Below, one piece after another: positions 49,279-59,025 of a stretch of DNA of 64,000 bases. The notes below the pieces were generated by a model. The model had not been told where the DNA came from, did not search any database, and saw nothing but the letters and a program-made list of their open reading frames with translations. This DNA is from Bdellovibrionales bacterium. Lineage in GTDB: Bacteria > Bdellovibrionota > UBA1018 > CAIMNF01. A program made the translations under genes and the position numbers. Each line of letters starts with the position of its first letter. Position 1 is the stretch's first letter. Where the stretch lies: NCBI GenBank assembly GCA_040380025.1, contig JBEIJY010000005.1, positions 1-64,000 on the forward strand, read 5' to 3'.

Positions 49279-50067
49279 ATGAGACAATCTGGATGGATTC
49301 TGAGTGTTGTACTTGGGCTTGGTTTTGGGGTTTCTTCGATGGCGGGGGTCCTCGCGACCGTGAACGGGAAGCCCGTCACCGATGAGGACCTCGATGCGGT
49401 GATCGCTCGATTTCCCGAGGTCCAGAAGCAAAACACAAGACGCGATCCCGAGATCCGCAAAAAAGTGGTCTCCGATCTCATCGATGCCGAGCTGATGATC
49501 CAGGAGGCTGCGAAGCTGAAGCTCGACACCAGCAAACAGTTCAAAGACCAGATGAACCTGATGCGCAAGCAGGCCCTTGTGAACCTGCTGGTCGAGAAGA
49601 CCCTGGCTCCGAAGGTCACCCCCGAGGCGATCAAGACCTTTTATGACCGGAACAAAATGCGGTATTCCACCGATCAGGTCCATGCCCAGCACATTCTGCT
49701 CCCGACCGCCAAAGAAGCCGAGGCCGTGCTCGCCGAGGTGAAGAAGCCGGGCGTGGATTTTCAGAAGGTGGCCGAACAGCGCTCGAAGGATCCCTCAGCC
49801 AAGAACACCCGGGGAGATCTGGGCTTCTTCGGCAGGGGCATGTTCGATGAGTCCTTCACCGATGCCGCATTCGGTGCGCGGTCCGGCGAGATCGTCGGTC
49901 CCGTCCGGACTCCTTACGGATTCCACGTGATCAAAGTGATCGATCGCAAGATCGGGAAGATTCCCGATCTTGCCGAGGTCGAGGCGAATGTCCGGGCGGA
50001 TTTCCAGCGCGATCTTCTGAGAAAACTCGTGCTCGACCTCCGAAAGAAGTCCAGCATCAAGGATTGA
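49279..50067 (+). CDS. Parvulin/PpiC-type peptidyl-prolyl isomerase (exported)
   Basis: HAQHIL, S.DP...GDLGFF and PVRTPYGFHVIKV motifs, signal peptide. Confidence 0.92.
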   Translation: MRQSGWILSVVLGLGFGVSSMAGVLATVNGKPVTDEDLDAVIARFPEVQKQNTRRDPEIRKKVVSDLIDAELMIQEAAKLKLDTSKQFKDQMNLMRKQALVNLLVEKTLAPKVTPEAIKTFYDRNKMRYSTDQVHAQHILLPTAKEAEAVLAEVKKPGVDFQKVAEQRSKDPSAKNTRGDLGFFGRGMFDESFTDAAFGARSGEIVGPVRTPYGFHVIKVIDRKIGKIPDLAEVEANVRADFQRDLLRKLVLDLRKKSSIKD

Positions 50068-50105
50068 GCGCCGGGATTCAGACCGGTGCCATCGTGAGTG
50101 CTTCC

Positions 50106-50960
50106 ATGAATCTCAAAAAAGCATCTTTCTGTTTTGCGGGCTTTCTTTTGCTGACCCTTGCGGCCGAATCGGCCCGCTTTCTCTCTTCGGACCAAGAGTG
50201 GCTCATCGGCCTGGTGTTCGGGGCCGGGGTTCTGCTCGGCGAGGTGCTTTTGCATTCGGGAGGACCGGCCGGGATCATGGGTCGGATTTCGGGGCTTCTT
50301 CTTGCGATCGCCGCTTTTTTTTCGGTCGGCCAGGTCGAATCGCTTCTCCGCGCGGTCAGTGCCCGCGAACCCGTTCCGATGAGCGCTTTCTCGTCGCTCC
50401 CCGGCCATTGCGGGATTTCGGCCGGTCGGGCGATCATCGGTCTTTATGACACCTTCGTTGCGACTCCCGACGAGGCGAGGCTCCGCGAATATCAGATCCA
50501 CTCCGCCTGTCGTCTTCGGGCCTTGAGCGGGCTTGAGCGCTCCGGGGGGCCGGCGTGCGACCCGGGCGACCGTCCTCTTGTGTGCCGGGTTCGGTGGATG
50601 GAGGCGGTTTCGGCCGAAGGAAACTGGGATCTCGACACCCGCCGCTTTTTTTTCGAGACCGCCCTGAGACTCTGGAATGAGGCCCGCGATGATGAGGGGC
50701 TTGTGGCGTATGCGATGAAAGATCAGGAGATCCAGAATGTCGCGCTGAACGAGTCGGTGCAAGCACACGGAACTTCCGGTGCCGGCGTGGTGGAGCTACA
50801 AAAAAACAGCCGGATTCACAACGAACTGTCGCGCAAAATCTTCGAGGCCGTGTCGAGCGCGATCGCAAAAGAGGGCCTTCCGCCGGGTGGCGGGGGCGAG
50901 GCATTCCGGGCGCGGTTTCGCGAGCGGCAGGAGGAGTTCCGGAAGCGATCCTCGCGCTAG
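50106..50960 (+). CDS. Hypothetical membrane protein
   Basis: About 3 N-terminal TM helices plus a Cys-containing soluble domain. Fills the gap between neighbours. Confidence 0.6.
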   Translation: MNLKKASFCFAGFLLLTLAAESARFLSSDQEWLIGLVFGAGVLLGEVLLHSGGPAGIMGRISGLLLAIAAFFSVGQVESLLRAVSAREPVPMSAFSSLPGHCGISAGRAIIGLYDTFVATPDEARLREYQIHSACRLRALSGLERSGGPACDPGDRPLVCRVRWMEAVSAEGNWDLDTRRFFFETALRLWNEARDDEGLVAYAMKDQEIQNVALNESVQAHGTSGAGVVELQKNSRIHNELSRKIFEAVSSAIAKEGLPPGGGGEAFRARFRERQEEFRKRSSR

Positions 50961-50971
50961 CAATCCTCGCG

Positions 50972-52390
50972 TCAGCTGTAATCCTTTGCCGAGATCCCGT
51001 ATTTTTCGAGCTTTCTCAGGAGCGTTTTTTTCGGGATGTTCGCATGGATCGCCGTCTGGTTGATCTTCCCGCGGAAGGTCTTCAGCGCATTGATCAAAAA
51101 CTGCTTCTCGAACTCCTCTTTGCTCGCCTGAAAATCAAACGTGCTCAGGTTCACCTGGAAGTCATCCGATCCCCACGGGGCAAGCGGGCCCTCGGGCGCC
51201 GCGCTCTCGGGCGCCGCGCTCTCGGGCGCACGGACTTTTTCGGGCAGGGAGGCGAGGGTGATCCGCTCGCCCGTTTCGAGCACGAAAGCGTGTTCGAGCA
51301 CGTTCTCGAGCTCGCGGATGTTTCCGGGCCACTTGTGGAGCTTCAGGGCTTCGAGGGTGTCTTCGGTCAGGCCGACGATCGCCTTCTTGTGCCGCGAATT
51401 GAACTTGTCGATGAAGTAGCGCGCCAGGGTCTCGATGTCGTTCCGTCGCTCGCGCAGGGGCGGAAGCTGGATCGGAAGCACATTCAGGCGATAAAACAAG
51501 TCCTCGCGGAACGAGCCATCGCGGATCATCGCCTCGAGCTTCCGGTTCGTGGCGGCGACAATCCGCACGTTCATCTCGATCTCGCGGTTCGATCCGACGG
51601 GGGTGAATTTCTTTTCTTGCAGGACGCGCAGGAGCTTCACCTGCATCGAAGGCGGAATCTCGCCGATCTCGTCCAGAAAAAGCGTGCCGCCCTCGGCGTA
51701 CTGGAATTTCCCGATCTTCCGCGAGTCCGCACCGGTGAAGGCGCCCTTCTCGTGCCCGAAGAACTCGCTTTCCATCAGGGTCTCGGGAATGGCCGAGCAG
51801 TTCACGGCCACGAAGCGGTTGTCTTTGCGGGGGCCGTTGTAATGCAGGGCCTGCGCGACCAGCTCCTTGCCGGTCCCGCTTTCGCCGCGAATCAAAACAG
51901 GAGTGTCGACGCGCGCAAGGCGGTCGATCACGCCGAAGATCTTTCGCATCTCATTGCTCTGGCCGACGAAGCCGTTTCCGCCCGGAAGGTCGAACACGGG
52001 CGCCGAGTACGAAAGGGTCTTCACCATGTTCCGGCTCCGGAAGGCCTGATCGATCATGTAGACCAGGTTGTCCGAGCGAACCGGCTTTTCGAGATAATTG
52101 TACGCACCCTGACGGGTGGCCTCGACCGCATCGCGGATGTTCGAATAAGCGGTCAGGATGATCACCATCACCGACGGGTCATGAGCCTTGATCTCGCGGA
52201 GCGCCTCGATGCCGCTCATCTTCGGCATGTTCACATCCATCAAGAGCAGATCATACTGGCCGGCCTTCACGCGGTTCACGGCCTCTTCGCCATTCGCGGC
52301 CTGATCGACCTGGTACTGCCCCTCGGCGAGCGCCGAGGCGACGGTCATCCGGAGTTCGGCATCATCATCGACAACGAGAATCTTACGCAT
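50972..52390 (-). CDS. NtrC-family sigma54-dependent response regulator (REC-AAA+-HTH)
   Basis: ILVVDDD and DVNMP receiver motifs, GAFTGA, C-terminal Fis-type HTH. Confidence 0.95.
   Translation of the reverse strand: MRKILVVDDDAELRMTVASALAEGQYQVDQAANGEEAVNRVKAGQYDLLLMDVNMPKMSGIEALREIKAHDPSVMVIILTAYSNIRDAVEATRQGAYNYLEKPVRSDNLVYMIDQAFRSRNMVKTLSYSAPVFDLPGGNGFVGQSNEMRKIFGVIDRLARVDTPVLIRGESGTGKELVAQALHYNGPRKDNRFVAVNCSAIPETLMESEFFGHEKGAFTGADSRKIGKFQYAEGGTLFLDEIGEIPPSMQVKLLRVLQEKKFTPVGSNREIEMNVRIVAATNRKLEAMIRDGSFREDLFYRLNVLPIQLPPLRERRNDIETLARYFIDKFNSRHKKAIVGLTEDTLEALKLHKWPGNIRELENVLEHAFVLETGERITLASLPEKVRAPESAAPESAAPEGPLAPWGSDDFQVNLSTFDFQASKEEFEKQFLINALKTFRGKINQTAIHANIPKKTLLRKLEKYGISAKDYS
51191..51229. 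repeat. In-frame 15-bp tandem repeat (APESA linker)
   Basis: CTCGGGCGCCGCGCT twice plus a partial third copy, in the AAA-HTH linker. Confidence 0.8.
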
Positions 52391-54356
52391 GAGAAGTCTC
52401 CTTTGCGTTTGCGGACGGTTCAGAAAGATCCGAGGGCAGGGTGATCACAAAGCAGGTGCCGCGGCCCGGGGCACTGCGGACCTCGATCGAACCCTTGTGT
52501 GCCTCGATGAAGTAGCGCGAGAGGTAGAGGCCGAGCCCCGTGCCCTTCACGCGAAGGGTGGTGTCGTTCTTGACGCGGTAAAAACGGCCGAAGACATTCG
52601 GAATCTCATTCTCGGGGATCCCGATGCCCTCGTCCGCGATCGCGATCTTCACGAGGCTTCCCTCATCGCGGCACGAGATCCGCACGGTGGTTCCATCGGG
52701 AGAATACTTGATCGCGTTGTCGATCAGGTTGCTCAGGACTTTCGCGATCAGATCGACATCGATCCGGATCGGGAACATCGGCTCAAGATCGGTCTCGATC
52801 CGGATTTCTTTGGATTGCGCCGAAAAACGGTGCTCTTCGGCCATCTGCTCGAGCAGGGAGTTGATGTCCTTCGTTCGCAGCTGGACACGCACGCCCTGAT
52901 GGTCGAGTCGGGTGAGTTCGAGCAACGACCCGATGAAGCGGTTCAGCTCCTGGTTCGCGCCCAGCAGGTGCTCGATCAGCTCGCGATCCTTCGGCAAGAG
53001 GCGATCGGCGAGTGACCGGCGCAGTTGCTCGGTGAGCCCCTGGATCTTCGCGACCGGGGTCTTCAGGTCGTGGGTCACGAGCTGCATGAAGTTGCTCTTC
53101 ATCTCCTCGACCTCGATCAGCATCCGGTTCTCGCGCTCGAGCGCGAAGCGCTTCCGGTGTTCCGAGAACAAACGAAGCGGAATCATGAGGTAAAAGCTCA
53201 GAACGAGCGAGAGGAACGGCGCACTGAGCGGAAGCCAGATGCCCCCGATGAGGGGAATCGGCTGGAAGAGAACGAGCGAGGCCAGGGTGGTCGTCGCGAG
53301 CAGAAAAACCGTGAGCGAGATCAAACGGGTGGGGCGGACCCGGAAGAGCGCAAGGATCGTCGCAAACGAGAGCAAAAAACAGATCACGGCAAGCATAGCC
53401 TGCGGAACCTCGGCGATTCCCTGTTGGTTCAGGATCGAGTCCAGAACGTTCGCCTGTACGAGCAGGGACGGAACCGGGCCGAAGCGCGAAAGCGAGCTGA
53501 TCAGAGTAAAGTCGGCCGGATTGTCGCGCAGGAAGGTTCCGACGAGCACGATCTTGTCTTTCAGGGTTCCTTCGGGAATGCGGCCTTCGACCAGATCGGC
53601 GAACGAATAGCGGGGGTACGAAAACGTCTCGTAGGCGGGGTCATAAAGGACCCCGTCGTTCTGGTGGAGCGGAAAAAGAAAGTACTGCGAATCGTTTTCT
53701 TTGGTGCGGTAGGAGCCCGGCGGAAGAGCGATCGTCTCGTTTGCAAAAATGCGATTCACGAGCGCAAGCTCGAGGGCGGGCTTGTCGTAAATCGAAAGCA
53801 CCGCACGTCGGGAGACCTTGTCCTTGCCGAACTGCGAGGCATCGCGATGCACGAACGACACGCTCTGGGGGATTTGCGAGAGGGGGGCGGGCGCGGGAAC
53901 TTCGCCGCTCCCGTCGTGGGGGATTCCGAGAACAAAAGGCGTGCCCCGCGCATTCAACTTCACGGTGGAACGGTAAAACTCCTGAAGCATCTCGGACTGG
54001 AACCCCGCCGGATCCAGACGCGCCACCCGCGAAAAATCGATGAGGTATCCCACTCCCTTCACTTCGTGTCGGGCGAGCTCCTCGGTGGCCTTCAGGTGGT
54101 GGTGCAGGGGCAGGGGGCTCAGCTCGTTCAGCTGGCTCAGGGTCTGGTCATCAATCGTGATGATGGCAATTCGAGAATCGATCGCGGGCTTCAGGCTCAG
54201 CCATTGTCGCAAGTCGTAGAGCGGCGCCTCGAGGATTCCGAGCGGAATCGCAAGGACCGAGATCGAGATCACCACCGCGAGCAAGAGGTGCAAGAGCGTT
54301 TCTTGCACTGCCGTTGGTCGGATTTTCGATGAAAAGGACTGAAGTATTCGCCTCAT
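52383..54356 (-). CDS. CHASE2-domain sensor histidine kinase
   Basis: IAIITIDDQTL...KDKIVLVG (CHASE2), 3 TM segments, HDLKTP, NLIDNAIKYS and GTGLGL motifs. Confidence 0.9.
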   Translation of the reverse strand: MRRILQSFSSKIRPTAVQETLLHLLLAVVISISVLAIPLGILEAPLYDLRQWLSLKPAIDSRIAIITIDDQTLSQLNELSPLPLHHHLKATEELARHEVKGVGYLIDFSRVARLDPAGFQSEMLQEFYRSTVKLNARGTPFVLGIPHDGSGEVPAPAPLSQIPQSVSFVHRDASQFGKDKVSRRAVLSIYDKPALELALVNRIFANETIALPPGSYRTKENDSQYFLFPLHQNDGVLYDPAYETFSYPRYSFADLVEGRIPEGTLKDKIVLVGTFLRDNPADFTLISSLSRFGPVPSLLVQANVLDSILNQQGIAEVPQAMLAVICFLLSFATILALFRVRPTRLISLTVFLLATTTLASLVLFQPIPLIGGIWLPLSAPFLSLVLSFYLMIPLRLFSEHRKRFALERENRMLIEVEEMKSNFMQLVTHDLKTPVAKIQGLTEQLRRSLADRLLPKDRELIEHLLGANQELNRFIGSLLELTRLDHQGVRVQLRTKDINSLLEQMAEEHRFSAQSKEIRIETDLEPMFPIRIDVDLIAKVLSNLIDNAIKYSPDGTTVRISCRDEGSLVKIAIADEGIGIPENEIPNVFGRFYRVKNDTTLRVKGTGLGLYLSRYFIEAHKGSIEVRSAPGRGTCFVITLPSDLSEPSANAKETSHA

Positions 54357-54433
54357 TCAAACCCAAGCCTTAACGCATGGTATCATTTTGGCACCAAAAA
54401 GCAAGTGAAGAGGTACGAAGTGAGGTCATTCAG

Positions 54434-54464
54434 GACACATTGTTTTTCGTTGAACCGGTTGAGA
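54434..54464 (+). promoter_or_regulatory. Conserved bipartite upstream motif, copy 1 (ECF-sigma-like)
   Basis: GACACATTGTTTTT-N7-CCGGTTGAGA, 24 nt before the ATG at 54489. Confidence 0.6.
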
Positions 54465-54488
54465 CAATGAAAAAAACGGAGAACTCAA

Positions 54489-55754
54489 ATGAATTGGTTC
54501 AGGCACATTTCCCTGCTCTCTCTTGCGGTCATCGGTTTCGGTCCGGGTGCGGCCATCGCGACCGAGCAAAAGATCATCCAACTTCTCGATCGCGCGAACA
54601 AAAAAGTGAATCAGGGAGCGGCGGCCGCGTGCGCGCCCGTCGAGAATCGAGTATCCGCCCGAACTTTGAATGATGGAAACCAGGCTCTTTGTGAAGGTCT
54701 GGAAGAATCAGAGAAGTTCAAATACGCGGACCAATTCGACTTGAACATCGAGTGCCCGAGGGTAGGCAATGTTTCATTGTCTTTGAGCGGACATTGGCCC
54801 AAGGACGGCGCCGGAAAACTGTTCACTGGGACCAGCAACCCGAGTGCTGCGTGGAGTGATTTCGCCAAAAGCGACCAGTACAAAAGTTGGAAGGAGCAAG
54901 ACGCGGATCTAAATAAACGTCTGCTCTGGGTCGGAAAAGCGCAGGAACAATGGCTCTCTTCGATGAGTGTGAACTTGAGTTTAAAAAAATTGTTCGAACC
55001 ATTTCCGGCTACCGGCCCAAAAACAGCCAAGGTCGCCCCAGCGGACGCGCAGAACTTGGTGAATTGGCACAATGAGCACGCTTCCGACCGAGGCTTGGGT
55101 CAAATGAAACTTGTTTCTTGTTCCAGTGATCACTACGTGGTCACAGTCACTCCCAAGTGTACGATGAATTTTAGTGATGAGGCCGACCGAAATCGCTACA
55201 TCGCCTTGATGAAAGCGATGTACGAGTATCAAGAGTCCGTAGTACCGGGGGTACAGCGTCTGCCCGTAGCGGCAGATCCCGCGCCGGTGACTCCCGCTCC
55301 TACGAATCCTCCTGAGACTTCTCCTGGCCAACCCGCAAAACCCGAGGAGTCGCGATGGGTACCAGATCAAAGACTCACGGTGCTTTTGACAGGGCCTAAG
55401 GTTCCACTAGAAAGGAACGTCCTTGAGATGTTTCACGACCGGGCGAGTCGTGAACCAACCGACATGACTACCCTCGAGCTCAGCGATTATAGCAAGGTCA
55501 AAGTGATCTCTTTGAACTCGGCAGCGAACGGTTTGCAGAAAGTCATGACGCATTCGAAAATAGAGGAGAATCAGATTCTTTCTTATTTCACGGTTGAGGT
55601 CAAAGGTGTGGAAGGGACAGAAAAACTTTTAGACTGGGCAAAAAATTTAATTCAGGTACCCCAAGGTGTTGAAGTAAAGCTCGTTCCTTATTCAGGGGGT
55701 GAAAATCAAAACAGAAAAAACTTTGTCGCCGTGGTTTTTAAGAAAAATTCGTGA
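54489..55754 (+). CDS. Hypothetical secreted Cys-containing protein, two domains joined by a Pro-rich linker
   Basis: Signal peptide, GGAG RBS. The N-domain is paralogous to 55842..56585. Confidence 0.8.
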   Translation: MNWFRHISLLSLAVIGFGPGAAIATEQKIIQLLDRANKKVNQGAAAACAPVENRVSARTLNDGNQALCEGLEESEKFKYADQFDLNIECPRVGNVSLSLSGHWPKDGAGKLFTGTSNPSAAWSDFAKSDQYKSWKEQDADLNKRLLWVGKAQEQWLSSMSVNLSLKKLFEPFPATGPKTAKVAPADAQNLVNWHNEHASDRGLGQMKLVSCSSDHYVVTVTPKCTMNFSDEADRNRYIALMKAMYEYQESVVPGVQRLPVAADPAPVTPAPTNPPETSPGQPAKPEESRWVPDQRLTVLLTGPKVPLERNVLEMFHDRASREPTDMTTLELSDYSKVKVISLNSAANGLQKVMTHSKIEENQILSYFTVEVKGVEGTEKLLDWAKNLIQVPQGVEVKLVPYSGGENQNRKNFVAVVFKKNS

Positions 55755-55785
55755 GCAGGGGAGGATCTCAGGTCAGGTTTTTTTT

Positions 55786-55816
55786 GACACATTGTTTTTT
55801 ATTCGTCCGGTTGAGA
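55786..55816 (+). promoter_or_regulatory. Conserved bipartite upstream motif, copy 2
   Basis: GACACATTGTTTTT-N7-CCGGTTGAGA, 25 nt before the ATG at 55842. Confidence 0.6.
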
Positions 55817-55841
55817 TCATCTATTTAAAAGGAGGATTGAA

Positions 55842-56585
55842 ATGAGACGTTTCAAACAAAGGTTTACTTCGTCAGTTAATGTGTGGATCCTATTGGGGTT
55901 GTTGCCAATCAGCGCAATCCAAGCCGAGGAGAATCCGAAGGAAGTACTGCATACTCTTCAAAAGGTGCAAAAAGTTGCAACGAAGGGGGCCCAGCAGTGC
56001 GAGCAGGGCGCGAAACTGAATGGGTACACTCCTTGTGAGGGATTCACCGAGGGAGAAAAACTCATGTATGCGAGCCAATTCAATGTGAAGTTTCACTGCA
56101 AGGACGGTTATACGAAGCAATTGGCATTCGAGCTGAAGAGATCGTGTCCCAGGGACACCGAGCACCATAGTTTTAATAGGACAGTTTCGTATTTCAAGGA
56201 ATACCATCCCGGTGCAGATAAGTTGCCGATTTATCCGACCCAGTTACAGTGGTGGTATGAACAGCGGATGAACAAGGACGTGAAAGAGTTGATTCAATTT
56301 CCTCCAAGTGGTCATTACCACAATCAAGCGATTTCTGATGAAAACGCAAAAAAGCTGATCGAATTGTATGAGGGGAGTCCTAAGCTCGGGCCGTTGCCCA
56401 ATTGTGGCAAGGACGGTTTGTATGTGACCATTAAGGCATCATGCACGATGAATTTTGAAAAGGAAAACACAGCTTTGTACCGCGATTTGCTGAAGGAAAT
56501 CCATCAGGCCGCACCCTCGATGAGTCAACTGAAAGAACAAGAGAGAATGCAGAATGAACTGATCGAGACAGACGAAAAAGATTGA
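55842..56585 (+). CDS. Hypothetical secreted Cys-containing protein (paralog of the upstream gene)
   Basis: AGGAGG RBS, signal peptide ending AIQA, shared CEG..E.EK..YA.QF and CTMNF motifs. Confidence 0.8.
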   Translation: MRRFKQRFTSSVNVWILLGLLPISAIQAEENPKEVLHTLQKVQKVATKGAQQCEQGAKLNGYTPCEGFTEGEKLMYASQFNVKFHCKDGYTKQLAFELKRSCPRDTEHHSFNRTVSYFKEYHPGADKLPIYPTQLQWWYEQRMNKDVKELIQFPPSGHYHNQAISDENAKKLIELYEGSPKLGPLPNCGKDGLYVTIKASCTMNFEKENTALYRDLLKEIHQAAPSMSQLKEQERMQNELIETDEKD

Positions 56586-56598
56586 AGCGGTTCTGATC

Positions 56599-58962
56599 TC
56601 AATCCCTCGCCCCCGAATAGCCGGGCAAGCAGGTGGTTTTCGATGGCTCCCGTCCTTGAATCACCTTCTCGAGTACGACCTGCGCTTCGGGGCAGGAGGC
56701 TTCGGCCTTCTGTCCCGATCGCACATCAAGGCGCATCTCGACCAGGTGTTCGCTCTCGGGGAAGGGAATGGCCGGCTCGAACTCAAGCGAGCGCTTCATG
56801 AAGTCCACCCAGACCGGGAGTGCCGCAGTCGCGCCAGTGAGCCTGACTTTGCTCGAGGCCTTGGACGGCGCCTTCGATTGTTCGGGCTTTGCCGCCTTCA
56901 TCGCCTCACCGATCACGCCCTGATCAAGACCCACCCACACCAAGGCCGTAAGCTGGGGCGTGTAGCCCGCAAACCACGCGTCCCGGTAGTCGTTCGTGGT
57001 TCCGGTTTTTCCGGCCGCGGGGCGGTCAAACCCGAGCGCGCTCGCAGACGCCGCCGTTCCGTCGGTCAGGACTCCTTGCAAGAGCTCGGTCATCATGTCG
57101 GCAATTCCTGGGTCGATCCGCGGCTTCGGGCGGTACTCGTTCCGAAAAAAATCCGATCCGTCGGCGTTCAAAATCGCCTTGATCACAAAGGGCGTGTCCG
57201 ACTCACCATGATTCGCAAGGGTCATGTAGGCGCGAAGGAGCTCGATCGGGCTCAGCTCGACACTCCCGAGCGAGACCGAGGGAACCTCCGGTACCGTCGA
57301 CTCGATTCCGAGGAGCTTCGCCGTCTCGACAATCGAATCGAGTCCCACCCGCTTCGCGACCCGGGCCGCTGTGATGTTGATCGATCGGGCAAGCGAGGTT
57401 TTGAGCGGAATCCACCCGAGCTTCTCGCGGTCGTAGTTCGAGGGCATCCAGGCGGGTTGCTTCGAATCGTACTTCCACTTCCACGGTTCATCGAGCAGGG
57501 GATACGCCGGCGTGAATACATCGCCCTCGTCGTCGCGGATTTTCCGGAATGCGGTCGCATACACCACGGGCTTGAAGGTCGATCCCGCCTGTCGCTTCAT
57601 GTTCAGCACGCGGTTGAAGTTGCTTTCGGCATAGCTTCTTCCGCCGATCAGGCTTCGAATCTCTCCGCTCGACTGATCGACCGCCGCGAGCGCCCCCTGA
57701 AGCCGAACGGAGCCCTCGATTCCGAGTTTCGCTTCGATCGCCGAGAGCCCCTTCTGGAGCGCCTCCTGCGCGATCTGATTCATGCGAATGTCGAGCGTGG
57801 TGTAAATCTGGAAGCCAAGTTCCGGGAGCTCGGCTTCTTCGAAGCGTCCCGCGACGAGGCGCCCGAGTTCGGCCTTCACGAAGTCGACAAAATACGGGGC
57901 GCGGTTCACGGCCTGAGGCGCCTGGGCCAGCCGGATCGGGTTCAGGAGCGCCGCCTGATAATCGGCCTCGGCGATTTTTCCGGTCTCGAGCATGCGTTGC
58001 AAAACATAGCGCTGGCGGATCTTTGCGCGATCAAAGTGCTTGTAAGGCGAGTAAAACGCAGGACCCTTGATGAGCCCGACCAGAAGCGCCACCTCGCCCG
58101 TGTTCAGGTCGCTCACGCCCTTGCCGAAAAAATACTTCGCCCCCTCCGAGAACCCCCGAACCTCATAGGCGCCGATCTGGCCCAAGAACACCTCGTTCAG
58201 GTAGCGCTCGAAGATCTGCGCCTTCGAGTACCGAAGCTCCAACAAAGGCGCCAAAAACAGCTCCGAGACTTTCATCAGGAGGTTCCGGTTCCGCCGCTCC
58301 ATGAGGTTTTTTACGAGTTGCTGGGTGATCGTGCTCCCGCCCTGCGAGAACGAGAAGGTCTTGAGGTTCACAAACAGCGCACGGGCGAAACCGCGCGGAT
58401 CGATTCCGAAGTGCTCGTAAAACCGGTTGTCCTCGGCCGCGAGCACCGCATCGGGGATCGTCTTCGGAAACTCCTCGAAGCGGAGTACCTCGCGGATCTG
58501 CGACTTGTCCGAGCTCAAGGTCGCGACGAACTCAGGCTCGAGGTACAGGTCGTTCACCTCGCCCGAGGGCGTGCCAATCCCGAGTAGGGGCGAGTCGGCC
58601 GAGGTTCCGTCGAACCGGAGCGTGATCGCCTGATCCTTCAGGGTCAGGGTCGGATGATTCTCGGGGAGGAGGTAATCGGGATACTTCGGGGAGTGGAGGG
58701 TGAACGAAATGTCAGAACCCGCGTTCTCGATCGAGTACCCGAGCGCTCGGAGCTTCTCGAGGATGGTCCCGCGGGCGAGCGGGGGGGCGATCCGGTACAC
58801 ATTCGAGTAGATGCGCGTGGGGATGAACTCGGCCGGAGACTCAAAGGCCAGATCGACCTGCCGGTAGAGGTAATAAAAGAAACCCCCCAGCAGGAGTGCG
58901 CCCGCGCCCGATAAAACGAGAAGCCCCTTCAAGATCCCGGCTTTGGAATGGTTTGATCGCAT
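56599..58962 (-). CDS. mrcB: Bifunctional transglycosylase/transpeptidase, PBP1B-like
   Basis: EDNRFYEHFG, GGSTITQQLVKN, STFK, SIN and KTG motifs, UB2H-like region after the TM. Confidence 0.88.
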   Translation of the reverse strand: MRSNHSKAGILKGLLVLSGAGALLLGGFFYYLYRQVDLAFESPAEFIPTRIYSNVYRIAPPLARGTILEKLRALGYSIENAGSDISFTLHSPKYPDYLLPENHPTLTLKDQAITLRFDGTSADSPLLGIGTPSGEVNDLYLEPEFVATLSSDKSQIREVLRFEEFPKTIPDAVLAAEDNRFYEHFGIDPRGFARALFVNLKTFSFSQGGSTITQQLVKNLMERRNRNLLMKVSELFLAPLLELRYSKAQIFERYLNEVFLGQIGAYEVRGFSEGAKYFFGKGVSDLNTGEVALLVGLIKGPAFYSPYKHFDRAKIRQRYVLQRMLETGKIAEADYQAALLNPIRLAQAPQAVNRAPYFVDFVKAELGRLVAGRFEEAELPELGFQIYTTLDIRMNQIAQEALQKGLSAIEAKLGIEGSVRLQGALAAVDQSSGEIRSLIGGRSYAESNFNRVLNMKRQAGSTFKPVVYATAFRKIRDDEGDVFTPAYPLLDEPWKWKYDSKQPAWMPSNYDREKLGWIPLKTSLARSINITAARVAKRVGLDSIVETAKLLGIESTVPEVPSVSLGSVELSPIELLRAYMTLANHGESDTPFVIKAILNADGSDFFRNEYRPKPRIDPGIADMMTELLQGVLTDGTAASASALGFDRPAAGKTGTTNDYRDAWFAGYTPQLTALVWVGLDQGVIGEAMKAAKPEQSKAPSKASSKVRLTGATAALPVWVDFMKRSLEFEPAIPFPESEHLVEMRLDVRSGQKAEASCPEAQVVLEKVIQGREPSKTTCLPGYSGARD

Positions 58963-59025
58963 AGTTTGCCCTTGACTCGATCCTTGAGCGCCTCGTATTT
59001 TCATTTTTTCAAGGAGAACGCGCCC

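Noticed and set aside
54389..54403. TGGCACCAAAAAGCA as a sigma54 promoter for the secreted pair
   Set aside because: Spacing is GG-N9-GC rather than the required N10.
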